The notes under the pieces are model-generated. The model worked only from the letters and a program-made list of their open reading frames with translations. It had not been told where the DNA came from and did no database searches. Position numbers and translations under genes: made by a program. Positions 30,176 to 39,044 of a DNA stretch of 64,000 nucleotides are shown here, piece by piece. This stretch comes from Nannocystis bainbridge. GTDB lineage: Bacteria; Myxococcota_A; Polyangia; Nannocystales; Nannocystaceae. The DNA lies in NCBI RefSeq assembly GCF_028368995.1, contig NZ_JAQNDL010000002.1, positions 1,280,001 through 1,344,000 of the forward strand, given 5' to 3'. How positions within the stretch are numbered: the stretch's first letter is position 1; every line of letters starts with the position of its first letter.

Positions 30176-30306
30176 GGGGGCAGCTCCGAGTCAGAGGCAG
30201 AGGAGACCGTAGCAGCGTCCGCCATGGTCGCGAGATCTGCAAGCGAACCGTCGCCGGATGCACGGTCCGCCGAGGCGTGCTACCGATGCGGCGTCAGGAG
30301 ACCGAC

Positions 30307-30726
30307 ATGATCCACCAGGCCTTACTTCGCACCCTCGCCCTCGCGTTCGCCACCACGGCTCTGTTCGCCGGGGGCTGCAAGGACACTTCGGGCGCCGGCT
30401 CCGGAGCGCCCGGGACCGCCGCCGACCCTGCGGGGACCGCCGGTGCGGGAGGGGGTGGCGCGCAGCCGGCGGTCGACACCAGACCCGAGACGACGCCGGT
30501 CGCTGGCGAGACACCCTCGCCGACGGCTCCGCCGGGGGACGACTCGCCCGCGGCGTTCGTCGAATGCACGACGCGCACGACCATGTGCACGCGCGAATAC
30601 AACCCGGTGTGCGGCAAGCTGACCGACGGCGCGCGCAAGTCGTACTCGAACAAGTGCGTGGCGTGCGGCGACCAGGCGGTGGTCGGCTACTCGCCCGGCG
30701 CGTGCCCCGAGACGCCGCCGACGTGA
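30307..30726 (+). CDS. Lipoprotein with Kazal-type domain
   Basis: Lipobox AGGC and Kazal-like C..CTREYNPVCG......YSNKCVAC......GAC. Confidence 0.75.
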   Translation: MIHQALLRTLALAFATTALFAGGCKDTSGAGSGAPGTAADPAGTAGAGGGGAQPAVDTRPETTPVAGETPSPTAPPGDDSPAAFVECTTRTTMCTREYNPVCGKLTDGARKSYSNKCVACGDQAVVGYSPGACPETPPT

Positions 30727-30876
30727 GGCGTGGGGCCGAGGGGCTCCGAGCGAGCGCGGAGGCGCCGCGCGGATGGCCGCGCGGTCGCTTGCGGACGCCG
30801 TGCAGGCGTCGTTCGTGAGGCGGCCTGCGGGCGCAGAGACCTGCTGCGGACGCGGGGCAGGCCTCGCAAAAAGTGC

Positions 30877-30905
30877 TTGACGCGTCTCGTGCAGCCGGGT
30901 AAAAG
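30877..30905 (+). promoter_or_regulatory. Putative sigma70-type promoter of the tRNA
   Basis: TTGACG-N17-TAAAAG, ending 16 bp upstream of the tRNA. Confidence 0.5.
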
Positions 30906-30921
30906 CCCGACCCTCGGTTGT

Positions 30922-30994
30922 GCCACTTTAGCTCAGTTGGTAGAGCAGCTGATTCGTAATCAGCAGGTCTCCGGTTCGAGTCCGGAAAGTGGCT
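30922..30994 (+). tRNA. tRNA-Thr (anticodon CGT), CCA not encoded
   Basis: Acceptor stem GCCACTT/AAGTGGC, D arm GCTC-AGTTGGTA-GAGC, anticodon arm GCTGA-TTCGTAA-TCAGC, T arm TCCGG-TTCGAGT-CCGGA. Confidence 0.97.
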
Positions 30995-31131
30995 TGAGTC
31001 TCTCTTATTCGAGGCGGTCTCCGTCGCGGTCTATTCCCGCGCAGGAGGCCGCCTGTCCGTCGTGCCGCGGTTTGCGGCGGCTTGCGGCGGCACGGGCCCG
31101 GCTGCGGCGCATTGCCGCGGCGCTGTCAGTT

Positions 31132-31560
31132 TCACGGCGGCGTGGGCTCCCCGTCGGGACGCAGCGTGGTCTGGATGGACATGCCCGAAGCGACATGTCC
31201 GCGAGAACCGGTGAAGATGCGCGCCTCGGCAGCGGGGGTGCCGCGGTGGATGAGCAGCGCGACGGCGCTGCCGGGCCGCGAGCCGCCGTCGCGGAAGTGG
31301 GCCTGGACCTGGACGCGCCAGTGGAGGTCGTCGTGCTTCTCCATGCGGCAGGTGAAGCCGAGCATGGCGTCGTCGATGGGGCGCTGGCTCGGGACGTCGG
31401 ACGGGAGCACGACCCACCACCAGTCGTGCACGGCGGTGCCCTCGAAGACGCGGTAAAGCTCGCCGTCCTGGACGTTGGCGGCGTACGCCGACGGGATGGG
31501 TCGTGGCTCCGGATCGTCGCTGGTCCCCGCGAAGCTGCGCTGAGCGTCACTCTGATTCAC
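31132..31560 (-). CDS. Hypothetical protein
   Basis: Globular-looking composition, host codon bias, and GGAGG upstream of the start. Confidence 0.5.
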   Translation of the reverse strand: MNQSDAQRSFAGTSDDPEPRPIPSAYAANVQDGELYRVFEGTAVHDWWWVVLPSDVPSQRPIDDAMLGFTCRMEKHDDLHWRVQVQAHFRDGGSRPGSAVALLIHRGTPAAEARIFTGSRGHVASGMSIQTTLRPDGEPTPP

Positions 31561-32305
31561 GGCTCACCTCCCATGCGGCCTCTACGGTGAAGAAGGTCGG
31601 TGGCCGGGCAAGTGACTCGGGCTACCGGCGGCGTCGCGGGGCCGCCGCTGGCGAGAGCGCGGCGAGACGCGGTGATGCGCCAGGCCGGTCGCTTCGACCG
31701 CGGAACGTGGCTGTCGCAGGCCAGGCGCTGCGAGATCCGGCGGCGACGGCGACGGCGGCGAGGCGCGCCGATCCGCGCGAGCCGCGAGGGGCTCCGCACA
31801 GGCCGGGGTCGCGACCCGGCGCGCGGTTGCATGCGCGAGGGCGTGGGCGGCTGCGCGTGTGCTCGTTACGAGCGGTGGCCGGCATGTCCTTGCGGACATA
31901 TTCGCCCGCGGCCAGGGGCGCCGATCCTGGCGAGCCATGAGGGACAGCGCGCGGGGGGCCTCGCGCCAGGGCGTGCGCGAGGGCCTGCAAGAGGTTTTCG
32001 CTACGACTGAAACGCTCTCGCGTGTTCCTGCGGGCAGTCCCGCGTGCTGCTGCGCTCGTGGCATGTCCTTCCGGACATATTCGCCCGCGGCCAGGGGCGC
32101 GGCTCCTTGTGAGCCGTGAGGGACGGCCGCGCGGGATGGCCTCACACAATGGCGCGTGCGAGGGCCTGCGAGAGGCGCTCGGGGGCAGGAGAGGACGTCC
32201 GAGGCGGCGACGGAGGTGGTCCCCGAGGATCCCCAGGCGCTGCGGGTCGAGCGGATGACATGTTCGAAGGGGCATGTCCATGAGGACATGCTCCGAAGGA
32301 CACCT

Positions 32306-35300
32306 TCAAAAGCTGCGGGCGACGGCGGCGCGGAAGTAGTTGAGGCCGAGCTCGTCGTCGAAGCCGCGGGCGTACTGCAGCATGAGGTCGATCGCGTCGC
32401 CGTAGCCGAGCTTGAAGCTGGCGATGAAGCTGGCGCCGACGCCCCACTTCAGCATCTGGCGGGTGAACTTCTCGCCGTTGGCGCCCCAGGCGGCGCCCAG
32501 GTCCATGAACGGGGCGAAGGTCAGGCGGCGCAGGAAGCCGGGCAAGGTGCCGAGGCCGCGCTCGACGTCGGCCAGCGGGATCCGGTACTCGACGTTGAGC
32601 ACGCCGTAGTAGCGGCCGGGGAAGGCGAACGGCCGGTAGCCGCGCAGGTTGCCCCAGTCGCCGTAGGGCGCGCGCAGCAGGAAGCTGCGCAGGACCTCGG
32701 CCTGCTGCGAGGTGCCGCCGAGGTAGAACGGCGAGCGGCGGCCGAGGGTGCCGGCCGAGGCGCCGCCCTCGAGCGAGAGGCCGAGCACCTGGTGGCCGCG
32801 CCACGGCATGCGCAGCATCTCGACGTAGCGGCCGGTGATCCAGACGTCGGAGTAACGACCGCCGAGGTGGGGGTCGATGAGGTTGACGGTGAGGTTGGCG
32901 GCGCGGCCGGTCTCGTTGCCGTAGGCGTAGCGGGTGCTGCGGCGGCCGTCGTACTCGAAGGCGAGGCTGACGGAGCCGAGGCCGCCGAGGTCGGGCAAGG
33001 TGGAGGCGGGGGCGCTGGGGTCGATGGCCGGGACGGTGCTGGCGTTGGCGTAGTGGGTGTAGGCGTAGCTGAGGCTGGCGAAGGCGTTGTGGACCGGGTG
33101 GCGCACGACGGGGACGCTGACGGAGGCGCGCGCGGTGGTGATCCGCTCGTCGTAGCCGCGCTGCAGGTAGGACGGCGGGGTGGCGCCGGGCACGAGGTCG
33201 CCGGGGCTGTCGTAGATGTAGCGCTCGAAGCTGCCGCGGCGGGCGTAGTCGCGGCTGACGAGCAGGCGGAAGTTGGGCAGGAAGCGCGCGAACTCGTAGA
33301 CGATCGAGCCGCTGGGGGCGCCGAAGGCGGTGTTGTAGCCGCCGTTGATCGAGAGGGTGTGGAACTCGAGGACGTCGCTGACGCCGATCGAGGCGCCGAT
33401 CTCGGTGCCGAAGCTGCCGGAGGTGGCAGAGGCGAGGGCGGAGGGGAAGATCGTGCGCGGGAAGAAGGTGCGGTAGGCCTTGTAACGGTGGCTCTTGAGG
33501 CTGACGGGCCGCCCGCGATCGCCCATCTCGTCAGGGGTGGGATCGTCGATGATCGGCAGCGGATCTTGCACCGGCAACGGCTCGAAGAACTGGGCCGGGT
33601 CGAGCTTCATGACCCAGAGGTCGTAGCCGTGGGCGGTGAAGCCGACGTAGACGAGGCGCTTGCCGTCGTGGCTGACGACCGGCTCGAAGGCGCCGCCGAG
33701 GACGTTGGTGACCTGATGGACGCGGCCGGTCGCGACCTCGTAGGCGTAGATGTTGAAGACGCCGTCGCGGTCGCTGTTGAAGACGACGTAGTTGCCGTCG
33801 GGGGTCCAGCTCGGCTCGCTGTCGAGGAAGCGATCGGCGGTGGCCCGCAAGGTGGTCTGAGCCTCGCGGTCGTAGATGTAGATGTCGCGCATGCCGCCCT
33901 CGCGGAAGGCGGAGTAGGCGACTTTCTTGCCGTCGGCGGACCATCGCGGGGTGGTGACGACCTGGATCCGCTCGAGCGGGGCGACCTCGGTGACATCCTT
34001 GGTGGCGAGGTCGAGGAAGGCGAGGCGCGCCTGGGCGGCGTCGTTGCGCGAGAACACGACGGTGCGACCGTCAGGCGAGACGTGCGGGTCGCGGGCGCGG
34101 GCGCCGAAGGTGAGCTGCTCGAAGTCGCCGGGGTTCTGCCGGACGTCGCGGGCGCCAGGGGCCGGCGGCCGGTAGCGCCACAGGTCGGTCCAGGAGTAGC
34201 GGAGGTCGTGCACGCCCCAGACCTCGAAGACCATGTCCTCGGAGACGCCGACGAACGAGCCGGAGGCGGCGTCCTGCAGCTCGACGATGCGCTCGACGCC
34301 GACGGACATGCCCTGCTTGCCGATGCCGACGCCCTCGCGCAGGGCGGCGCCGGTGCTGCGGATCCGGCGGATGCCAGGGTTCGAGTGGCCGTCGTCCTCG
34401 AAGTAGTAAATGTGCTGATCGTCGGGCGCCCAGAACGGGTGGCGCACGAAGTTGCCGGAGGCCTGGGCGGAGGTGGTGAAGGTGACGCGCCGCCCCTCGC
34501 GGATGCCACGGGCCCGGATCGCGCGCGCCTGGGCCTGGAAGCGGCGCACGGTGTCGAGCTCGAACTCCTCCCACAGCGTCTCCCAGCTGACGCCGAGGAC
34601 CTTCTGGACGGCGCGATTGATGGCGAACGGGAGGGTCTGGCCGCCGTAGACGTGGTTGAGCTCGGCGAGCTTGTCCTCGCCGTAGCGGTTGCTGATGTAG
34701 CGCAGGAGGTAGAGGCCGTAGAGGTAGACGCTGCTGCCGTGCGGGAAGACGTTGGCGCCGGAGGAGACGCGATCGATGGGGATGAAGCCGTGCTCGAGGA
34801 TCGGAGCGCGCAGGTACATCTCCCACTGGGTGTGGCGCCCGCGACCCTGGCTGGTGAGGCGCGACTCTTCGTGGCTGGCGAGGCCCTCGACGAACCACCG
34901 CGGCTGGATGACGTTGGGCTGCCAGACCTTGCCGGCGCGGCCGAAGCCGAGGAGGGCGTTGACGATCCGCGGGATGCCGTGCGCGGTGTCGAGGTGGATG
35001 ATGTGCGTGTATTCGTGGGTCAGGAGGATGTCGATCCAGTCGTCGTATCCCTCGAGCACGGACATCGAGTCGGGGGCGGTGACGTAGGCGACGATCCGCG
35101 GGTAAGGGCTGGTGTTGGCGAGGCCGTTGGCGGCGTCGGTGTGGTCCTGGTAGACGACGTGGGTCTTGAGCCAGGGGGCGTGCGAGAGGCTGGTCGAGAG
35201 CCGGTCGTGGGCCCGCTCGAGCACCATGGCGGCCTTCTCGGCGGCGTACTCGTTGCCCTGGTAGTAATGGACGTAGAAGTGGTCGCTCTCGAGGGTGCGC

Positions 35301-35431
35301 CAGCGCGTGTCACGGGTGGCCGCTTCGACGGGGCGCCAGCACAGGCAGGCGAGCACGAGCCCGAGCAGCGCCAGGGCCCCGCGCAGGCGGCGAGGTGCAC
35401 GGGCAGGGCGCGTCGCGGACACGGGCGCCAA
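32306..35431 (-). CDS. Omp85/BamA-TamA family protein with N-terminal gluzincin-like peptidase and PD40/TolB beta-propeller
   Basis: Signal peptide, HEYTH plus WFVEGLA, repeats PxWSADG/PSWTPDG/SHDG, barrel strands with LRGY and NVEYRIPL, and a terminal Phe. Confidence 0.82.
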   Translation of the reverse strand: MAPVSATRPARAPRRLRGALALLGLVLACLCWRPVEAATRDTRWRTLESDHFYVHYYQGNEYAAEKAAMVLERAHDRLSTSLSHAPWLKTHVVYQDHTDAANGLANTSPYPRIVAYVTAPDSMSVLEGYDDWIDILLTHEYTHIIHLDTAHGIPRIVNALLGFGRAGKVWQPNVIQPRWFVEGLASHEESRLTSQGRGRHTQWEMYLRAPILEHGFIPIDRVSSGANVFPHGSSVYLYGLYLLRYISNRYGEDKLAELNHVYGGQTLPFAINRAVQKVLGVSWETLWEEFELDTVRRFQAQARAIRARGIREGRRVTFTTSAQASGNFVRHPFWAPDDQHIYYFEDDGHSNPGIRRIRSTGAALREGVGIGKQGMSVGVERIVELQDAASGSFVGVSEDMVFEVWGVHDLRYSWTDLWRYRPPAPGARDVRQNPGDFEQLTFGARARDPHVSPDGRTVVFSRNDAAQARLAFLDLATKDVTEVAPLERIQVVTTPRWSADGKKVAYSAFREGGMRDIYIYDREAQTTLRATADRFLDSEPSWTPDGNYVVFNSDRDGVFNIYAYEVATGRVHQVTNVLGGAFEPVVSHDGKRLVYVGFTAHGYDLWVMKLDPAQFFEPLPVQDPLPIIDDPTPDEMGDRGRPVSLKSHRYKAYRTFFPRTIFPSALASATSGSFGTEIGASIGVSDVLEFHTLSINGGYNTAFGAPSGSIVYEFARFLPNFRLLVSRDYARRGSFERYIYDSPGDLVPGATPPSYLQRGYDERITTARASVSVPVVRHPVHNAFASLSYAYTHYANASTVPAIDPSAPASTLPDLGGLGSVSLAFEYDGRRSTRYAYGNETGRAANLTVNLIDPHLGGRYSDVWITGRYVEMLRMPWRGHQVLGLSLEGGASAGTLGRRSPFYLGGTSQQAEVLRSFLLRAPYGDWGNLRGYRPFAFPGRYYGVLNVEYRIPLADVERGLGTLPGFLRRLTFAPFMDLGAAWGANGEKFTRQMLKWGVGASFIASFKLGYGDAIDLMLQYARGFDDELGLNYFRAAVARSF

Positions 35432-35646
35432 GCCTAACAGGAGGCTCCGCGGGCGGGTACGCGAAGCCGCCGCGATCGGGCGTGCGCGAGGTCGGTGGCG
35501 CGCACGACCGAGGATCGCGGGGCGGCGGATGAACGCGTCTCAGAGGGGGACTGGCGCGCTCGAGGCGCCCGGAGCGGGGGGCGAGGTCCGGCGGCGGTCC
35601 GGTGCGAGCGACGGGGGCTGCGCAGTTCGGGGATGGGCGCGGGCGA

Positions 35647-36309
35647 TCAGGGGTTGGCGTCGGTGCAGGTGCCGGCGTCGCAGCCGAAGAAGGGGGCGCA
35701 GTCCTTGTGGCTGTCGCACGGGTCGCCCTGCTGGCCGTCCCAGCACTGCTGGTCGACACAGGCGGGCGAGGTGGGGCCGCAGTCGTGGTCGTTGACGCAG
35801 GGATCGCCCTCGTCGCCGTCGTAGCAGAGGTGGTCGACGCAGCTGGGGGTGAAATCGGCGCAGTCGCCGTCGTTGTCGCAGGGATCGCCCTCGTCGCCGT
35901 CGTGACACTGATGATCGTCGTCGGCGCAGTAAGGGGCCTGACCCGGGCAGTCGTCGTCCTCGAAGCAGAGCTGGCCCTCGCCGACCGGGGCCGGCGGCGC
36001 GGTGGTCGAGCCGAGGCCGCCGGTGCCCTCGGGGAGGTCGGTGGTGGAAGTGGTGGACGAGCTGGGAGGGTCGCCGGCGGGCAGGTCGGGCGGGGCTGCG
36101 CCCGAGGTGGTGGTGCCGGTGGAGGAGTCGATGGGCGTGTCGGTGGTGGTGCCGTCGGTGGAGGTCGTGGTGGCAGGGGCGGCGGTGGTGATGGCGGGCG
36201 GGGGACCGGCAGTGGCGGTGACGCCGAAGCCGAACCCGGACGGCTTCTCCGGCTCGACGCAGGCGGTGAGCGTCGCCAGTCCGAGAGACAAATACACGAT
36301 GTGTCGCAT
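35647..36309 (-). CDS. Cys/Asp-rich repeat lipoprotein
   Basis: Lipobox LTAC, Thr-rich linker, and three to four C.DG.EGDPC..D.DC repeats. Confidence 0.75.
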   Translation of the reverse strand: MRHIVYLSLGLATLTACVEPEKPSGFGFGVTATAGPPPAITTAAPATTTSTDGTTTDTPIDSSTGTTTSGAAPPDLPAGDPPSSSTTSTTDLPEGTGGLGSTTAPPAPVGEGQLCFEDDDCPGQAPYCADDDHQCHDGDEGDPCDNDGDCADFTPSCVDHLCYDGDEGDPCVNDHDCGPTSPACVDQQCWDGQQGDPCDSHKDCAPFFGCDAGTCTDANP

Positions 36310-36603
36310 GGGCAGGCCTCGCTGGATCGCGGCGATCCGTCCCCCAGCATGGGCCGGCATCGCGGCGCGGCTCGCTCATTTCGCGTCGGTGTGACGGCGA
36401 CCGCGAAAGCTCGCAGGAGGGGCCGGCGGGGGCGCTGGCGGGCGAAATTGGAGGAGGGCGGGCGATGATGGGGCGAGCGGAGTGTGGCGGGCCCGACGGC
36501 GGTGGATGGCGAGGTCGCGCGGGGTGATGTGGGTCGTCGGCGAGGCGAAGGTGCGGCAGAGCACCCGGGTGGGCGAGGATGCGACGCGTGAACTGGCGAG
36601 GCG

Positions 36604-36912
36604 TCATCTGCTCGAAAGGACAGGTGCGCGGGGTGTGGTGGTGTCCGAAGGGACAGGCGTCATCTGCTCGAAAGGACAGATGCGTGGGGTGTCCGAAGGG
36701 ACAGGATCGTCTGCTCGAAAGGACAGATGGGTGGTGTTGTGGCCGTATCCGAAGGGACAGGATCGTCTGCTCGAAAGGTCAGATGGGAGGTGGTGTCCGA
36801 AGGGACAGGCGTCATCTGCTCGAAAGGACAGATGCGAGGGGTGTCCGAAGGGACAGGTGCGGCACCATCTGCTCGAAAGGACAGGGGCGATGGGCCTGTC
36901 CTGAAGGACAGG
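36604..36912. repeat. Alternating array of two 14-bp palindromic units downstream of mnmG
   Basis: TGCTCGAAAGGACA about 6 times, alternating with TGTCCGAAGGGACA about 5 times, ending with TGTCCTGAAGGACA. Confidence 0.9.
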
Positions 36913-36923
36913 CGGCGCCGGTG

Positions 36924-38687
36924 TCACGCGGTCCGGGCGCGCGCGGCTTCGTGGGCGGCTGCTTCGGCGCGGCGCTGGGCGGCGCGGACGTGGGCCCACA
37001 GGCACATCAGGGCTGCCGGGGTGATGCCGGGGATCCGCGCGGCCTGGCCGGTGCTGGTCGGGCGCACGCGGGCGAACCGCTCGGCGGCCTCGGTGGTGAG
37101 GCCGGGCAGGCGCCGGTAGTCGGTGTCGGGGTCGATCGGGAGGTCGGTGGCGCCGCCGCGCATGACCCGGATCTCCTTCTCCTGGCGCTCGAGGAAGCCG
37201 GCGTAGCAGCGCTGCGCCTCGGCCCGCTCGGTCAGCCAGGCCGGGGCGGCGGCGTCGGGCTCGGCGAGCAGCCGGCGGACGCGCTCGACGCGGGCGCGGG
37301 CCCTGTCGTAACGGACAGGGTCGATGAGACCTGCTGCAAAGGCCATGTCCGAGAGCCGGGCGTCGGCGTTGTCCTCGCGCAGGAGCAGGCGGTACTCGGC
37401 GCGGGCGGTGAACATGCGGTACGGTTCGTCGCAGCCCTGGGTGACGAGGTCGTCGATCATGACGCCGGCGTAGGCGTGCTCGCGGCCGAGGATCAGCGGG
37501 GAGCGGCCGAGGGCGGCGAGGGCCGCGTTGGCGCCGGCGACGAGGCCCTGGACGCCGGCCTCCTCGTAGCCGGATGTGCCGTTGATCTGGCCGGCGAACC
37601 ACAGGCCGGGGATGTCGCGGGCGCCGAGAGTGTGGTCGAGGTCGCGGGCGTCGACGGCGTCGTACTCGACGGCGTAGCCAGGGCGCAGCATGACGGCGCG
37701 CTCGAGGCCGGGGATGGTGCGGATGAAGGCTTCCTGGACGTCGGCGGGCAGGCTGGTCGAGATCCCGCCGGGATAGACGCTGTCGGTGTCGAGGCCCTCG
37801 GGCTCGAGGAAGATCTGGTGGCGGTCGCGGGCGGCGAAGCGCACGATCTTGTCCTCGAGCGAGGGGCAGTAGCGCGGGCCGCGGCCGACGACCTGGCCGC
37901 TGTACATGGCGGAGCGGTGGAGGTTGGCGCGGACGAGCTCGTGGGTGGCCTCGGTGGTCCAGGTGATCCAGCACGGGACCTGGGCGAGCACGGGCGGAGG
38001 GCCGTCGTCGGGCAAGGTGAAGCGCGGCAGCGGGTCTTCGCTGGGCTGCTCCTCGGTGCGGGCGTAGTCGAGGGTGCGGCCGTCGAGGCGGGCCGGGGTG
38101 CCGGTCTTGAGGCGGCGGAGGCTGAAGCCGAGGGCGCGCAGGTGCTCGGACAGGGCGAGGGCGGGCGGCTCGCCGACGCGCCCGCCCGGGACGGTGCGCT
38201 CGCCGGTGTGGAGGAGGCCGCCGAGGAAGGTGCCGGTGGTGATGACGACGGCGTCGCCAGGCACGAGGCTGCCATCCTCGAGCACGACGCCGCAGGCGCG
38301 GCCGGCGTCGCGGTGGACGGCGGCGACGAGGCCCTCGAGGACGCGAATCCGGGGGTCGGCGAGCAGGGCGGCGCGGGCGAACTGGCCGTAGCGGGCCTTG
38401 TCGACCTGGACCCGGGTGCTGCGCACGGCGGGGCCCTTGGAGCGGTTGAGGATCCGGCCGTGGATCGCGCAAGCATCGGCGGCGCGGCCCATGAAGCCGC
38501 CCAGGGCCTCGATCTCCTTGACGAGGTGACCCTTGGCGACGCCGCCGATGCTGGGGTTGCAGGGGGTCTGGCCGATGGTGGCGCGGCTGCCAGTGACGAC
38601 GAGGACGCGCGCGCCGACCCGCGCCGCGGCAAAGGCGGCCTCGAGCCCGGCGTGTCCGGCTCCGACGACGATGACGACGGGCTCCAC
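36924..38687 (-). CDS. mnmG: tRNA uridine-5-carboxymethylaminomethyl modification enzyme MnmG (GidA)
   Basis: VVGAGHAG, CNPSIGGVAKG, SKGPAV, RLKTGTP, GPRYCPSLEDK, AGQINGTSGYEEA, EPYRMFTARAEYRL and RIPGITP motifs. Confidence 0.96.
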   Translation of the reverse strand: MEPVVIVVGAGHAGLEAAFAAARVGARVLVVTGSRATIGQTPCNPSIGGVAKGHLVKEIEALGGFMGRAADACAIHGRILNRSKGPAVRSTRVQVDKARYGQFARAALLADPRIRVLEGLVAAVHRDAGRACGVVLEDGSLVPGDAVVITTGTFLGGLLHTGERTVPGGRVGEPPALALSEHLRALGFSLRRLKTGTPARLDGRTLDYARTEEQPSEDPLPRFTLPDDGPPPVLAQVPCWITWTTEATHELVRANLHRSAMYSGQVVGRGPRYCPSLEDKIVRFAARDRHQIFLEPEGLDTDSVYPGGISTSLPADVQEAFIRTIPGLERAVMLRPGYAVEYDAVDARDLDHTLGARDIPGLWFAGQINGTSGYEEAGVQGLVAGANAALAALGRSPLILGREHAYAGVMIDDLVTQGCDEPYRMFTARAEYRLLLREDNADARLSDMAFAAGLIDPVRYDRARARVERVRRLLAEPDAAAPAWLTERAEAQRCYAGFLERQEKEIRVMRGGATDLPIDPDTDYRRLPGLTTEAAERFARVRPTSTGQAARIPGITPAALMCLWAHVRAAQRRAEAAAHEAARARTA

Positions 38688-38847
38688 GGCGGGGCGAGGG
38701 TAGCAGACCACTGAGACGGGGATGGTGGGGGCGAGCATGGCGATGGCCGAGGTCGTCAGCGGGCTTGCGCGGGTTCGCGCTTTATGCGATAGAAGGCTGC
38801 TGGTTGGGGTCAGGAGGCCGTTTGCAGAGCGGCAGAGACCGGGGGGC

Positions 38848-38890
38848 GAGCCGCTGATGCGTAATCAGCAGGCCTCCGGTTCGAGCCCGG
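38848..38890 (+). pseudogene. Partial degenerate copy of tRNA-Thr (anticodon and T arms)
   Basis: 39 of 43 nt identical to 30943-30985, in the same orientation, with no acceptor stem. Confidence 0.75.
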
Positions 38891-39044
38891 GCGCTCGCGG
38901 TTTTGGGCGCTGTCAGCCTCTCGCGGCCTCGGGTCGAAGAAATTGAGGGCCGAAATGCCGCAGAATCCGCGTTTCGGGCGGCGCGGGGCGCGGGGGCGCG
39001 CGGCGTTGGAGCCATTCGTTCGCGGGTGGGCTATCTTTGCCGAC

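Noticed and set aside
36604-36912. CRISPR array
   Set aside because: Two alternating short units with short, similar linkers rather than 25-45 bp unique spacers, and no cas genes in the window.
30995-38847. Active prophage or integrative element at tRNA-Thr
   Set aside because: No integrase, phage or conjugation genes; the content is host-like and the putative att copy is degenerate.
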